From positions 1 through 49,272 of the forward strand of contig JAGORB010000002.1 in NCBI GenBank assembly GCA_018063065.1: a stretch of DNA of 49,272 nt, read 5' to 3'. The notes beneath the pieces are model-generated. The model did no database searches. It had not been told where the DNA came from and was given only the letters and a program-made list of their open reading frames with translations. This DNA is from Minisyncoccota bacterium (GTDB taxonomy: Bacteria > Patescibacteriota > Minisyncoccia > Phycocordibacterales > XYD1-FULL-46-19). The position numbers and the translations under genes were made by a program. Below are positions 10,094 through 18,232 of the stretch, one piece after another; within the stretch, counting starts at the first letter, position 1, and each line of letters begins with the position of its first letter.

Positions 10094-10189
10094 TTTAAAT
10101 AACTAGTGCCAGTAGAAAGTGGGGTTGACTAAATGTCGATTTTCTTTTAGTAATTAGGACGGACAAACAGCAAAAATAGGAGGATAGCC

Positions 10190-10816
10190 GTGATAAAGGC
10201 AATGATCTTTGACGTGGACGGGGTCGTGTTTAAGTCTGATCGAGGGATCATTGATTCTATTAATGAGACCTTGGCTTACTTTGGTGGCTACCCTATTGAT
10301 GACGAGTGGTTCCATTACAATCACTTTGGCTCGCACGACGACTTCGTATTATCGCGAGGTGTTGGTCGAGACCATTTTGAGAGTTTTGACCCAATGTTGG
10401 ACCGACTGTTTTGCCGGGTTGAATTGTATGAAGAGCGTCCGGGCATTAGAGAGGTCCTGCAGTTTGTAAGGCAGTCGGGTCGGCCATTACACCTCGCTAG
10501 TGCTTGCCGAGAAGAAGTGACTCGTCTTAAACTTCTTCACCATCAGGGGCTCATTGATTACATCGATGAGATCCACGGTGGCGAGCGTAAGCGAGACACC
10601 TTCCTCCATGTGGCCAAGGAGCTTAACATTACTCCGCTTCAAATTGGTTTTGTAACTGATATGGCGCGGGATATTGAAGAGGCTCATCATGCCGGCGTGG
10701 AGAAGGTAGTGGCCATTACCAGCGCCTTCTGCAGTCGAGAGCAATTGCTGCCATATGGTTGCCCCGTGGTAGGTGACCACTGTGAGACCCTGCAATGTCT
10801 TAAGGAATGGTTGTAA
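10190..10816 (+). CDS. HAD-superfamily hydrolase (phosphatase-like)
   Basis: GTG start with AGGAGG (10178-10183) 6 nt upstream. HAD motif I is FDVDGVV and the C-terminal motif is FVTDMARDIEEAHHAG. There is a possible promoter TTGACT (10125-10130)-17-TAGTAA. Confidence 0.8.
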   Translation: MIKAMIFDVDGVVFKSDRGIIDSINETLAYFGGYPIDDEWFHYNHFGSHDDFVLSRGVGRDHFESFDPMLDRLFCRVELYEERPGIREVLQFVRQSGRPLHLASACREEVTRLKLLHHQGLIDYIDEIHGGERKRDTFLHVAKELNITPLQIGFVTDMARDIEEAHHAGVEKVVAITSAFCSREQLLPYGCPVVGDHCETLQCLKEWL

Positions 10817-10855
10817 AGCCAAATGGTAAACCAAATAAAATTCGCCGCCACGGAG

Positions 10856-10883
10856 ACCGCCTCGGTCCTCGGGGCGGTTTTTC
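10856..10883 (+). terminator. Rho-independent terminator after the HAD gene
   Basis: Stem ACCGCCTC / GGGGCGGT followed by TTTTTC. Confidence 0.7.
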
Positions 10884-10936
10884 ATTCCAAACTCAAATTT
10901 GTAGACAGGGGATAATTTAATATATATGATTGGGGT

Positions 10937-11536
10937 ATGAAAACTTACACCCTATTTACTATGGCGCTACTCGCCATTTTGTTTATGACCCCTACTTTAG
11001 CACTAGCTAATCATAAGGCCGAGGTAGCTGGTAAAACTATTATTGATTCCTCTGACACCAACATCAAGGGCGTAGATGATGGTTGTGAGTCTATCCATTA
11101 TCACGGCGCCTTAAATGGGGTGGCTGATCCTGCGCCTAATGGTTGCGGGCATGGCCCCGTAACCGTTATCCCCCATGGTGATGGCGATGGCGAGACAATC
11201 CCCCCACCACTCCCTAAGGGCCCCAACTTCCCCGCTCGCGTATGGAAGTGGCTTGGCAGTTGGTTTACCACTGAGCAAAAGGAGACCATGGTCAACGTGG
11301 TAGATGTAGCGGCAGAGGCCAATGGTATTGCTCCTCCCGGTACTATGAGTGATACGGTAGATATTGTTAAAGACGCGGCCCCATCTATTAAAGCCAACGC
11401 TGATAATGCTGAAAAATATTTTGACACTTATGAAGATGCTCCCGACCGCGATCGCTATACCTTAGAAGGAGAAAATCCGGAAGAGAATGCCCCTTCCCCT
11501 AAACTTTACCGCTGGTTCTGGGGCTTGTTTGAGTAG
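10937..11536 (+). CDS. Secreted hypothetical protein with a Cys/His-rich N-terminal motif
   Basis: Signal peptide (MKTYTLFTMALLAILFMTPTLALA) followed by DDGCESIHYHG..NGCGHG..HGDGDGE. The C-terminal half is acidic. Confidence 0.65.
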   Translation: MKTYTLFTMALLAILFMTPTLALANHKAEVAGKTIIDSSDTNIKGVDDGCESIHYHGALNGVADPAPNGCGHGPVTVIPHGDGDGETIPPPLPKGPNFPARVWKWLGSWFTTEQKETMVNVVDVAAEANGIAPPGTMSDTVDIVKDAAPSIKANADNAEKYFDTYEDAPDRDRYTLEGENPEENAPSPKLYRWFWGLFE

Positions 11537-11632
11537 ATTAGACTAATCTTGACTAATTTTAATATGTGTGATAACATGTAAGTAGATAGGTATTTCCTAT
11601 TCACAACTATTCAACGAACTAGGAGAAAACAA

Positions 11633-11917
11633 GTGAATATCAATCAATTAGAAGTGAAAGATCCTGTTCCCGTCCCCGCATCACAACGTTTACTTGCGCT
11701 GTATCCGGACCTGACTTTCGATCGTGAGAAGGCCATGGAAGCGCTAATTGATCGCGGATTCGGTCGTCAGACCGAGGAATTATCCAAGTTTCCGGCTGAC
11801 GGGACCTTGGCCGATCTCCTCGCGACCTTCCGTCACGACTCCTCGAAGGAGGAGTTCCTGTGGGCCTACATCGAGGCGGTTACAGGTGAGAAGGGTGTTC
11901 ATCAGAAGGAGTACTAA
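11633..11917 (+). CDS. Hypothetical protein (94 aa)
   Basis: GTG start with AGGAG (11621-11625) 7 nt upstream. There is a possible TTGACT-17-TAACAT promoter upstream. I recognised no domain. Confidence 0.55.
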   Translation: MNINQLEVKDPVPVPASQRLLALYPDLTFDREKAMEALIDRGFGRQTEELSKFPADGTLADLLATFRHDSSKEEFLWAYIEAVTGEKGVHQKEY

Positions 11918-11976
11918 ATCTCCTTCTAAAAATTAAAAGCCGCATGGTTCGCCCAGCGGTTTTATTTTTATAACAA

Positions 11977-12750
11977 TTAAGCTTTCAATTTATCGCGGTA
12001 GATGATGGAGACGAGGGCGAAGCTAAGGATGAGGAGGAGGAACCACGATCCAAGCTTGCCGAGGGAGACGAGGTGCCAATATTCTACTTGGCTAGGGTAG
12101 AGCCAGATATTGCTGAAGGTGCCCACATTCTCGGCAATCCAGACGAAGATCGAGGTTAGAAGGACGGTTAGTAAGAATGGCATCCGGCGCACTTTATGGT
12201 AAACCTGGAAGTGGACTTGGGTGCGGAAGAAGATAATAAAGATGTAGAGGAATAAGAAGTAGCGGATATCGTAGAAGAAGTGATGAGTGAAGAAGTTGAG
12301 ATAAATTAAAATCGCCAAGATCCAGAGGTGATAATAAGCGGGGAAGCGGATATAAGTAAGCTTGAGGAAGGTGAAGGCCCTTGAGATATAACTCCCCACG
12401 GCCGAGTATAAGAAGCCACTAAAGAGGGGCACGGTAGCAATGGTAAAGATGGCGGTGCCGACGGTGGGGTAGACCCACGAGCCGATGTCGGGATTGGTTT
12501 TAAATAATTCCATAATGGTGGCGAGGATATGGAAGATAATAATAACCGCGAATTCCTTGGGCTTCTCGAATTTAAAAATGAGGGCGCAAATTTGATAAAG
12601 TAGGGCGCATAAGAAGATGAAGTCGTAGCGATCGATGAAGGGGATTGAGACAAACTTGGTGAGCAAGAAAGTGGCCAACAAGAAGGCGCCAAAGTAGCTG
12701 GCCCGCAAATTGGCGAGGAAGAAGTACCACAATTCCTTAACAATAGGCAT
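11977..12750 (-). CDS. Polytopic membrane protein, DUF817-like
   Basis: 257 aa with about 8 hydrophobic helices. The length and pattern resemble the DUF817 family, but this is from memory and not searched. Confidence 0.6.
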   Translation of the reverse strand: MPIVKELWYFFLANLRASYFGAFLLATFLLTKFVSIPFIDRYDFIFLCALLYQICALIFKFEKPKEFAVIIIFHILATIMELFKTNPDIGSWVYPTVGTAIFTIATVPLFSGFLYSAVGSYISRAFTFLKLTYIRFPAYYHLWILAILIYLNFFTHHFFYDIRYFLFLYIFIIFFRTQVHFQVYHKVRRMPFLLTVLLTSIFVWIAENVGTFSNIWLYPSQVEYWHLVSLGKLGSWFLLLILSFALVSIIYRDKLKA

Positions 12751-12773
12751 GAGCTTATTTTAACAAAAAAGGT

Positions 12774-12813
12774 AAGAAAAAATCCCGTTCGGACCGGAGG
12801 GTCCGAACGGGAT
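12774..12813 (-). terminator. Rho-independent terminator of the 12834-13784 gene
   Basis: Perfect 14-bp stem ATCCCGTTCGGACC (12782-12795) / GGTCCGAACGGGAT (12800-12813). On the minus strand it is followed by TTTTTTC. Confidence 0.9.
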
Positions 12814-12833
12814 CATAATGCTTGAGGAGTCAT

Positions 12834-13784
12834 CTACTTCTCAGGTGCTTCGGCCGGAAGGGCCGCCACCTGACTGGATACTTGCCGTTTAAGGATGGCC
12901 CAGAGTTGGGTGTTACCATCATTCAATGCGGCTTGACCGGCTTGATCGAGAGTGGAGGCCAAGTACTCGGCCTTACTACTCTCGAGACCCAGACCATGTT
13001 TGATCTGGGTTGCACTCTGTGTACTGAATGTACCTTTGCACAGAGGTGCGCCGATAATCCGGCCACTTTTGGCTTCTAGGATTTGAAGGCTGATCCCCAC
13101 CATCCCAGTTCGAGTGGTGATGACCGTCTTCTTGCCGGCGTTGGCTATACTCATCACCTGACCACCGATCGATAAACCCGGTACATCGAAGATATTCCCC
13201 ACGGTGTTAAATAGGACTCCCGCGGGACCAGTACTTCCGCCCTTTTTACTTTCGTCCAACTGGTTGGTCTCCGAGAATTCGGTGACCGTCCCTCGGATTA
13301 TGAATATGTCGGGGTACTTGTCCGGGTTGGCCATGTAAGTGGCGTAATCGATGACACTTACGTTACCCATGTTCATCAAAGACGTAACCACTTGCGCTGA
13401 TGCGCCGTAGCCCAACATTTGATTGGGCGCCTGCGAAGGGCTTAGGGACTGCGGATTATGCGTTACAGACGCATTAAACCACGGCGACGTCAACGTCGAT
13501 TGCTGTGGGGCGCCGGGTGTAACACCGCCGCCCGAGACAATGCCCTGTGCCGCCACGGTGAAGGCTGGCTCCACCGTAACATAGAAAGTGGGCATTGCCG
13601 GATCGTAGGGGATTACAAGTGGCTCGACAGTCTGAGACTGAGGAGCGACTTCGGCCGTTGCGGTTGCTGCCGCAGGATTGTCGAGCAACTTTTTCTCTTT
13701 ACCCGACTTGCTTCGCGGTCCCGCCTCTGCTGACAGGGAGATCGTGAGCAGTGACGCCAACAGAACTAAGGAAAAACGCTTCAT
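12834..13784 (-). CDS. Secreted CsgG/HfaB-like (curli-transport-component fold) protein, tentative
   Basis: Signal peptide without a lipobox Cys. The segment order resembles CsgG: VVTSLMNMGNVSVID, IIRGTVTEFSE..GGSTG, MVGISLQILEAKSGRII, then ..ALNDGNTQLW. A strong GGAGGAG SD precedes the start. The gene looks GC-richer than its surroundings (by eye). Confidence 0.45.
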   Translation of the reverse strand: MKRFSLVLLASLLTISLSAEAGPRSKSGKEKKLLDNPAAATATAEVAPQSQTVEPLVIPYDPAMPTFYVTVEPAFTVAAQGIVSGGGVTPGAPQQSTLTSPWFNASVTHNPQSLSPSQAPNQMLGYGASAQVVTSLMNMGNVSVIDYATYMANPDKYPDIFIIRGTVTEFSETNQLDESKKGGSTGPAGVLFNTVGNIFDVPGLSIGGQVMSIANAGKKTVITTRTGMVGISLQILEAKSGRIIGAPLCKGTFSTQSATQIKHGLGLESSKAEYLASTLDQAGQAALNDGNTQLWAILKRQVSSQVAALPAEAPEK

Positions 13785-13964
13785 GACTCCTCCTTTTCAA
13801 TATGGCTCGCAAGTTAACTTGGAGCCGGTTTAACGCCCTTATTGGCGTCACCTCATACTGCCCAGAATTATATTGTTGTTTACGCTTTTGTCAAGTTTGG
13901 AGGGGGAGGCTGGGGATAGTGAGAATTGTGTTATAATAAAAACTTAGCAATAATAAATATCAAT

Positions 13965-14093
13965 ATGGGTAAAAGAGCCACTAGTTTAAAGCCGTATGTG
14001 AAGTCTACGCGCTCGCGCAAGACCAAGAAGCGCTTGGCCATCAAGCAGACCATGCTCGCCGCCAAGAAGACCAAGAAAGGGAAGAGAAAATAG
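13965..14093 (+). CDS. Unlisted small ORF: 42-aa highly basic protein (MGKRATSLKPYVKSTRSRKTKKRLAIKQTMLAAKKTKKGKRK)
   Basis: Translated by hand because it is below the ORF-track cutoff. About 45% of residues are K/R. An extended -10 TGTTATAAT lies about 30 nt upstream. The stop is 8 nt before the next gene. Confidence 0.45.
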   Translation: MGKRATSLKPYVKSTRSRKTKKRLAIKQTMLAAKKTKKGKRK

Positions 14094-14101
14094 TCATAAA
14101 G

Positions 14102-14431
14102 ATGAAAACAAACATCATTTACCTGATAGTAATTTTAATTATTATTTTAGTTGGGATGGGTGTTTGGCTAAAGATAAACAATACTCCCACTCCGGACGTA
14201 AATACTCCGGGCCGTTATATGGATATTGAGAGTTATGTGAAGAATGATATCTCCACTCTCTCGCCAGTGAAGGAGCAATTAGGTGGCACCTTCTATGTAA
14301 CGGCCATTGAGACTAATAATGGCACCGGAGTGGTGTCTTATGAAGATGGTCACAATGCTTACACCGCCGACTTCACTTACACCATTGCTGATGACGGCAA
14401 GCCAACCATCACCAACTTTACGATTAGGTAA
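14102..14431 (+). CDS. Small N-terminally anchored exported protein, hypothetical
   Basis: One TM helix followed by a beta-rich ~80-aa domain (GGTFYVTAIETNNGTGVVSYEDGHNAYTADFTY). Confidence 0.65.
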   Translation: MKTNIIYLIVILIIILVGMGVWLKINNTPTPDVNTPGRYMDIESYVKNDISTLSPVKEQLGGTFYVTAIETNNGTGVVSYEDGHNAYTADFTYTIADDGKPTITNFTIR

Positions 14432-14434
14432 TAA

Positions 14435-15619
14435 TTAATCAAGCAGATCCCACATCTCGCGGTCTTCTGCGCCGTCAATCTTGAAGATGGCTACGCCTCG
14501 GAGCCCCAATTCTTGGGCGAGGTTAATTTTAGTTTTTATTGCTTCAGCGTCGCTCCAAGTGACTAAGTAGAAGGGCACTAGCTGGCCGGTGTTATTGGCG
14601 TAGGTCATGGCCTTCACGGCTGTTTCTAAATATTTGGGCGTGTTGCGCGGGATGTTGAGATCGGTAGGTAATTGAGGATTAGTGCCGGACGGCCGATAGG
14701 TGAAGAAGGGTTCATCGGCCTCACTCCGGCCAATATCGGTCTTGTACTTCTTGGCGGTATCATGGCCGTACTGAGGATTAAGCGCCCAGACCTTGGCGTA
14801 ACCGCCGTAGCGGCCGGGGTTGGCAATAATCTCAAATTCATAACCGTAAGTGGGGATACCCACCACCAACTTGCTCTTGGGGATAGTCTCGGCGGTCAAG
14901 GTCATTACCTTGCGCACCCAATCCACATCGGCGACCGGCGCGTAGGGCACACCGGAGTGCTGGGCGTTGAGCTTAATATCGGCGCGTTGTTGGTCGTAGG
15001 CCATAATCTTAACTCGGTCACACACTTGGCCGATGATATTGAAGTCATTTACATATTGAATATCGCGCGCCGTGGAGTAAAGCGACTCGGGCGGGGTGCG
15101 GGCCTCGATGGTGCAAGACAAATGCTTGCTACCCAAAGCCACTTTAAGCTCGACTAAAAATAAAGAGAAGGGGATCTTACTCTGGGCCATCTTGCCCTCG
15201 TAATCAATATCAATACCGTCGAATTTACCCTTCTTTACCACATCAACAATCGATTTAATGTGTTTCTTGCGGAGTTCTGAATCGCGCAAGACGCGATCAA
15301 TATTTAAGCTGTCGCTCCACATGACCGTTGGTACTACTCGTACCTTCTGGGCCCGGGCGTCTTTAATCAGGCGCGTCCACGGGCTCTTATTGATCTGCAT
15401 TAAGTCATTAAGTGTACCGTCTTGCTTAACGGCGTAGGCGAAGGGGTTAATCTCGTCTAATTCTCTAAGATGATTACGAGCATCGCGCGTACCCTCGCGC
15501 TCGCGCCAATAAGGGATCCAACCCGACACTTCTAAATCAGCGGTTTGGGCACCGGCCGGCGTGGGCAAGCCAAGGAAGGTTAAAAGGAGGAGGGAGGAGA
15601 GTAAGAGTTGTTTTGTCAT
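14435..15619 (-). CDS. Secreted glycoside hydrolase family 18 (chitinase/YaaH-like)
   Basis: Signal peptide and the GH18 catalytic DxxDxDxE motif (FDGIDIDYEG). The N-terminal SGWIPYW and the C-terminal GVAIFKIDG are typical of GH18 TIM barrels. Confidence 0.85.
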   Translation of the reverse strand: MTKQLLLSSLLLLTFLGLPTPAGAQTADLEVSGWIPYWREREGTRDARNHLRELDEINPFAYAVKQDGTLNDLMQINKSPWTRLIKDARAQKVRVVPTVMWSDSLNIDRVLRDSELRKKHIKSIVDVVKKGKFDGIDIDYEGKMAQSKIPFSLFLVELKVALGSKHLSCTIEARTPPESLYSTARDIQYVNDFNIIGQVCDRVKIMAYDQQRADIKLNAQHSGVPYAPVADVDWVRKVMTLTAETIPKSKLVVGIPTYGYEFEIIANPGRYGGYAKVWALNPQYGHDTAKKYKTDIGRSEADEPFFTYRPSGTNPQLPTDLNIPRNTPKYLETAVKAMTYANNTGQLVPFYLVTWSDAEAIKTKINLAQELGLRGVAIFKIDGAEDREMWDLLD

Positions 15620-15648
15620 TTCTTTATTATAGCGTTATAATCTGCAAG
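15620..15648. promoter_or_regulatory. Back-to-back divergent -10 boxes for the GH18 and M15B genes
   Basis: The minus-strand TATAAT (plus coordinates 15626-15631) is 6 nt from the GH18 ATG. The plus-strand TATAAT (15636-15641) is 7 nt from the ATG at 15649. Confidence 0.55.
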
Positions 15649-16521
15649 ATGAAAACGGGTGGTCAAAATTTACTTACCATTATTGTGATCCTTGCCATCT
15701 TACTGACGGGGACCAGTGCTCTTGGTTACTGGTTGTATACCGAGCAGGGGAAGCTGGAGGGCGAGGTGGCCATCTTAACGGCTGAAGTGGCCTTGAAGGA
15801 GGAAGAGATTTTGGCCTTGGAGACTAATAAGGCCGAGTTGGAAGAGAGGTTGGGGATTGAACAAAATCGTAATAATGAATTCGCCGAGCAGATTGATGAG
15901 ATTAGCGGCACGGTGGGAGTGCTGGATAAATTGCAAAAAACTGATAAAGAATTCTTGGCCAAATATTCTAAGGTTTATTTTTTGAATGAGAATTATGTGC
16001 CTAAAGATTTGGCCCTTATCGATAAAGACTTTTGGGCCAATAAGGAGAAGCCAATGCAAATTCATAGTCGGATTGAGTCGAAGATGGATGATTTATTAAA
16101 TGATGCCAAGGATGATGGGGTGGATTTTCTCATCGCTTCCGCTTATCGCTCCTTTGGTACTCAAGCCGAGCTTAAGGCTAATTACCGCTTTACTTACGGC
16201 ACTACCGCCAACAACTTCTCGGCCGAGCAGGGTTACTCCGAGCATCAGTTAGGGACCACCGTCGACTTTACTACGCCGGAGATTGGTCTAGGGTTATCGG
16301 GCTTTGATACCACGGAGGCCTTTAAATGGTTACAGACCAATGCTTATAAATATGGCTTTATCCTCTCTTACCCTCAGGGCAACACTTATTATCAATATGA
16401 GCCGTGGCACTGGCGTTATGTGGGTGTAGATCTGGCTACAGACTTACATCGAGACGAGAAGAATTTTTACAATTTGAGTCAAACGGAGATTAATGAGTAC
16501 TTGGTAAAATTCTTCGACTAA
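15649..16521 (+). CDS. D-alanyl-D-alanine carboxypeptidase, peptidase M15B (VanY-like), membrane anchored
   Basis: TM helix, coiled-coil linker and VanY motifs SAYRSFGTQ, SEHQLGTTVDF and EPWHWRYVG. I chose the ATG at 15649 rather than 15613, which would overlap the divergent gene. Confidence 0.85.
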   Translation: MKTGGQNLLTIIVILAILLTGTSALGYWLYTEQGKLEGEVAILTAEVALKEEEILALETNKAELEERLGIEQNRNNEFAEQIDEISGTVGVLDKLQKTDKEFLAKYSKVYFLNENYVPKDLALIDKDFWANKEKPMQIHSRIESKMDDLLNDAKDDGVDFLIASAYRSFGTQAELKANYRFTYGTTANNFSAEQGYSEHQLGTTVDFTTPEIGLGLSGFDTTEAFKWLQTNAYKYGFILSYPQGNTYYQYEPWHWRYVGVDLATDLHRDEKNFYNLSQTEINEYLVKFFD

Positions 16522-16537
16522 AAACGTCTTAGGATGG

Positions 16538-18193
16538 ATGAGTAAATGGTGGGCGCTTACGGTAATCGGGGTGATTTTTGTATTGCCGTCTTTAGCACAG
16601 GCGGCTAACTTAATTACTAATCCAACCTTTACCGATGGCGCTACTAGCACCCCGGCGAATTGGTTGAAGGGGCGCTGGGGCAATAACACCGCCACCTTCA
16701 CTTATCCGGTAACGGGGAGTGATGCCACCCCGGGGGCCCAAGTTACTTTAAGTAATTACGCGACTGGCGATGCCAAGTGGTACTTCCCCCTGCTTAACAC
16801 CGAGGCGGGGAAGCAATATCACTTTAGTAATAATTATCAGGCGAGCGTGACCAGTTATGTAACGATTGAGTATCACCGGGCCAATGGCACGCGCTTTTAT
16901 CGAGACATTGGCGTCTTACCGGCTAGTGGCAACTTCAATACTTTTAGCTCTGATTTTATCGTCCCGCCGGAGGCGATTAAATTTACCATCTTCCATTTAA
17001 TCAAGAGTAATGGCTCGTTCACAGTGGATGATTATAATTTGGAGGAGATAGCGCCGCCGCCGGATAACTTAATTATTAATCCGTCGCTCGAGCAATCGGC
17101 GAGTGGTGGTGTGCCGGACAATTGGGCCAAAGGCCGGTGGGGCAATAACACTGCCACCTTCTCTTATCCGGTGGCCGGTTACAGTGGCGCTAAAGCGGCC
17201 GAGGTGAGTATTAATAATTATGTCTCGGGTGATGCCAAGTGGTACTTCAACGATGTGCCGGTTACAGCCGGAGATACTTATGAGTTCTCTAACTTTTTTA
17301 AATCTTCTACCAAGACTTATGTGACAGTGCAATTTACGCACAGTAATGGTAGTACCTCGTACTTGGATTTGGGCGCGCCGGCAGTAGCCGGCGCTTGGAC
17401 CCAGTTTAAAATGCCCTTCACGGTGCCGCCGGGCGCGGTGTCTTTAACCATCTTCCATGTGCTTAAGAGTGTGGGCACACTCACAGTAGATGACTTTAAA
17501 TTACGACCAATCGCTAATGACCCGACCAAGTTTGATCAAGGTTATGTCTCGCTCAACTTTGACGATGGCTGGCTCTCGGTGTATCAGAATGCCATCCCGA
17601 TTTTAAATACTAAGGGCTTTAAAAGTGATCAATTTATCACCACCGATTATTTAACCGACAATTACCCCGGCTATGTTAAGCCCCATCAAGTTTTAGAGAT
17701 GCAGGCGCAAGGGCATATCATTGGCAATCATACCAAGTCACACCCCGATTTAACGGCCTTAACTTTAGCTCAAGCGCAAGCGGAGATTGAGGGCGCTAAA
17801 AATAATTTAGTAGCCTTGGGTGTGCCTAGTACCAATATGTCGTTGGCTTACCCTTTGGGGGCTTACAATAATCAGATTAAACAATTAGTGCAAAATGCCG
17901 GTCACATTGCCGGACGTTCTAGCGATGGGGGATATAATGACAAGTTAACCGATCATTACGCTCTCCGGCGTCAGCCGATGGTTAATACCACTACGCTGGC
18001 GCAAGTTAAAAGTTATATTGACACGGCGCGAGCCGATAAAACGTGGGTGATACTCCTCTTCCACGAGATTGATAACTCGGGTCATCAATACAGCATTACA
18101 CCGGCCCTCTTCCAGCAAATTGTTAATTACTTAGACCAAATCAACATCACCCCCATCACGGTCAAAGAAGGGATCGCTAAGATGAATCCGTAA
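16538..18193 (+). CDS. Secreted CBM(4_9-like) x2 plus NodB polysaccharide deacetylase
   Basis: Signal peptide and two ~150-aa repeats that start NLI(T/I)NP..W.KGRWGNNTATF. The C-terminal NodB domain carries VSLNFDDGW and GNHTKSHPDL. Confidence 0.85.
   Translation: MSKWWALTVIGVIFVLPSLAQAANLITNPTFTDGATSTPANWLKGRWGNNTATFTYPVTGSDATPGAQVTLSNYATGDAKWYFPLLNTEAGKQYHFSNNYQASVTSYVTIEYHRANGTRFYRDIGVLPASGNFNTFSSDFIVPPEAIKFTIFHLIKSNGSFTVDDYNLEEIAPPPDNLIINPSLEQSASGGVPDNWAKGRWGNNTATFSYPVAGYSGAKAAEVSINNYVSGDAKWYFNDVPVTAGDTYEFSNFFKSSTKTYVTVQFTHSNGSTSYLDLGAPAVAGAWTQFKMPFTVPPGAVSLTIFHVLKSVGTLTVDDFKLRPIANDPTKFDQGYVSLNFDDGWLSVYQNAIPILNTKGFKSDQFITTDYLTDNYPGYVKPHQVLEMQAQGHIIGNHTKSHPDLTALTLAQAQAEIEGAKNNLVALGVPSTNMSLAYPLGAYNNQIKQLVQNAGHIAGRSSDGGYNDKLTDHYALRRQPMVNTTTLAQVKSYIDTARADKTWVILLFHEIDNSGHQYSITPALFQQIVNYLDQINITPITVKEGIAKMNP
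16607..17512 (+). repeat. Tandem duplication of a ~150-codon carbohydrate-binding-like module inside the CDS
   Basis: Copy 1 spans 16607-17050 and copy 2 spans 17066-17512. Shared blocks include GRWGNNTATF.YPV.G, SGDAKWYF, FTVPPGA/FIVPPEA and TIFH..KS.G..TVDD. DNA-level similarity is also visible, for example tggggcaataaca.tgccaccttc. Confidence 0.85.
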
Positions 18194-18232
18194 TTTTTGT
18201 TTTACTTAAATTTTGTAGTAAAATCGGGAGGT

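Noticed and set aside
12306-12743. A 145-aa Ser/Pro-rich ORF in an alternative frame of the DUF817-like gene.
   Set aside because: It lies on the same strand, fully nested in a coherent polytopic membrane protein ORF. Its low-complexity composition also argues against it.
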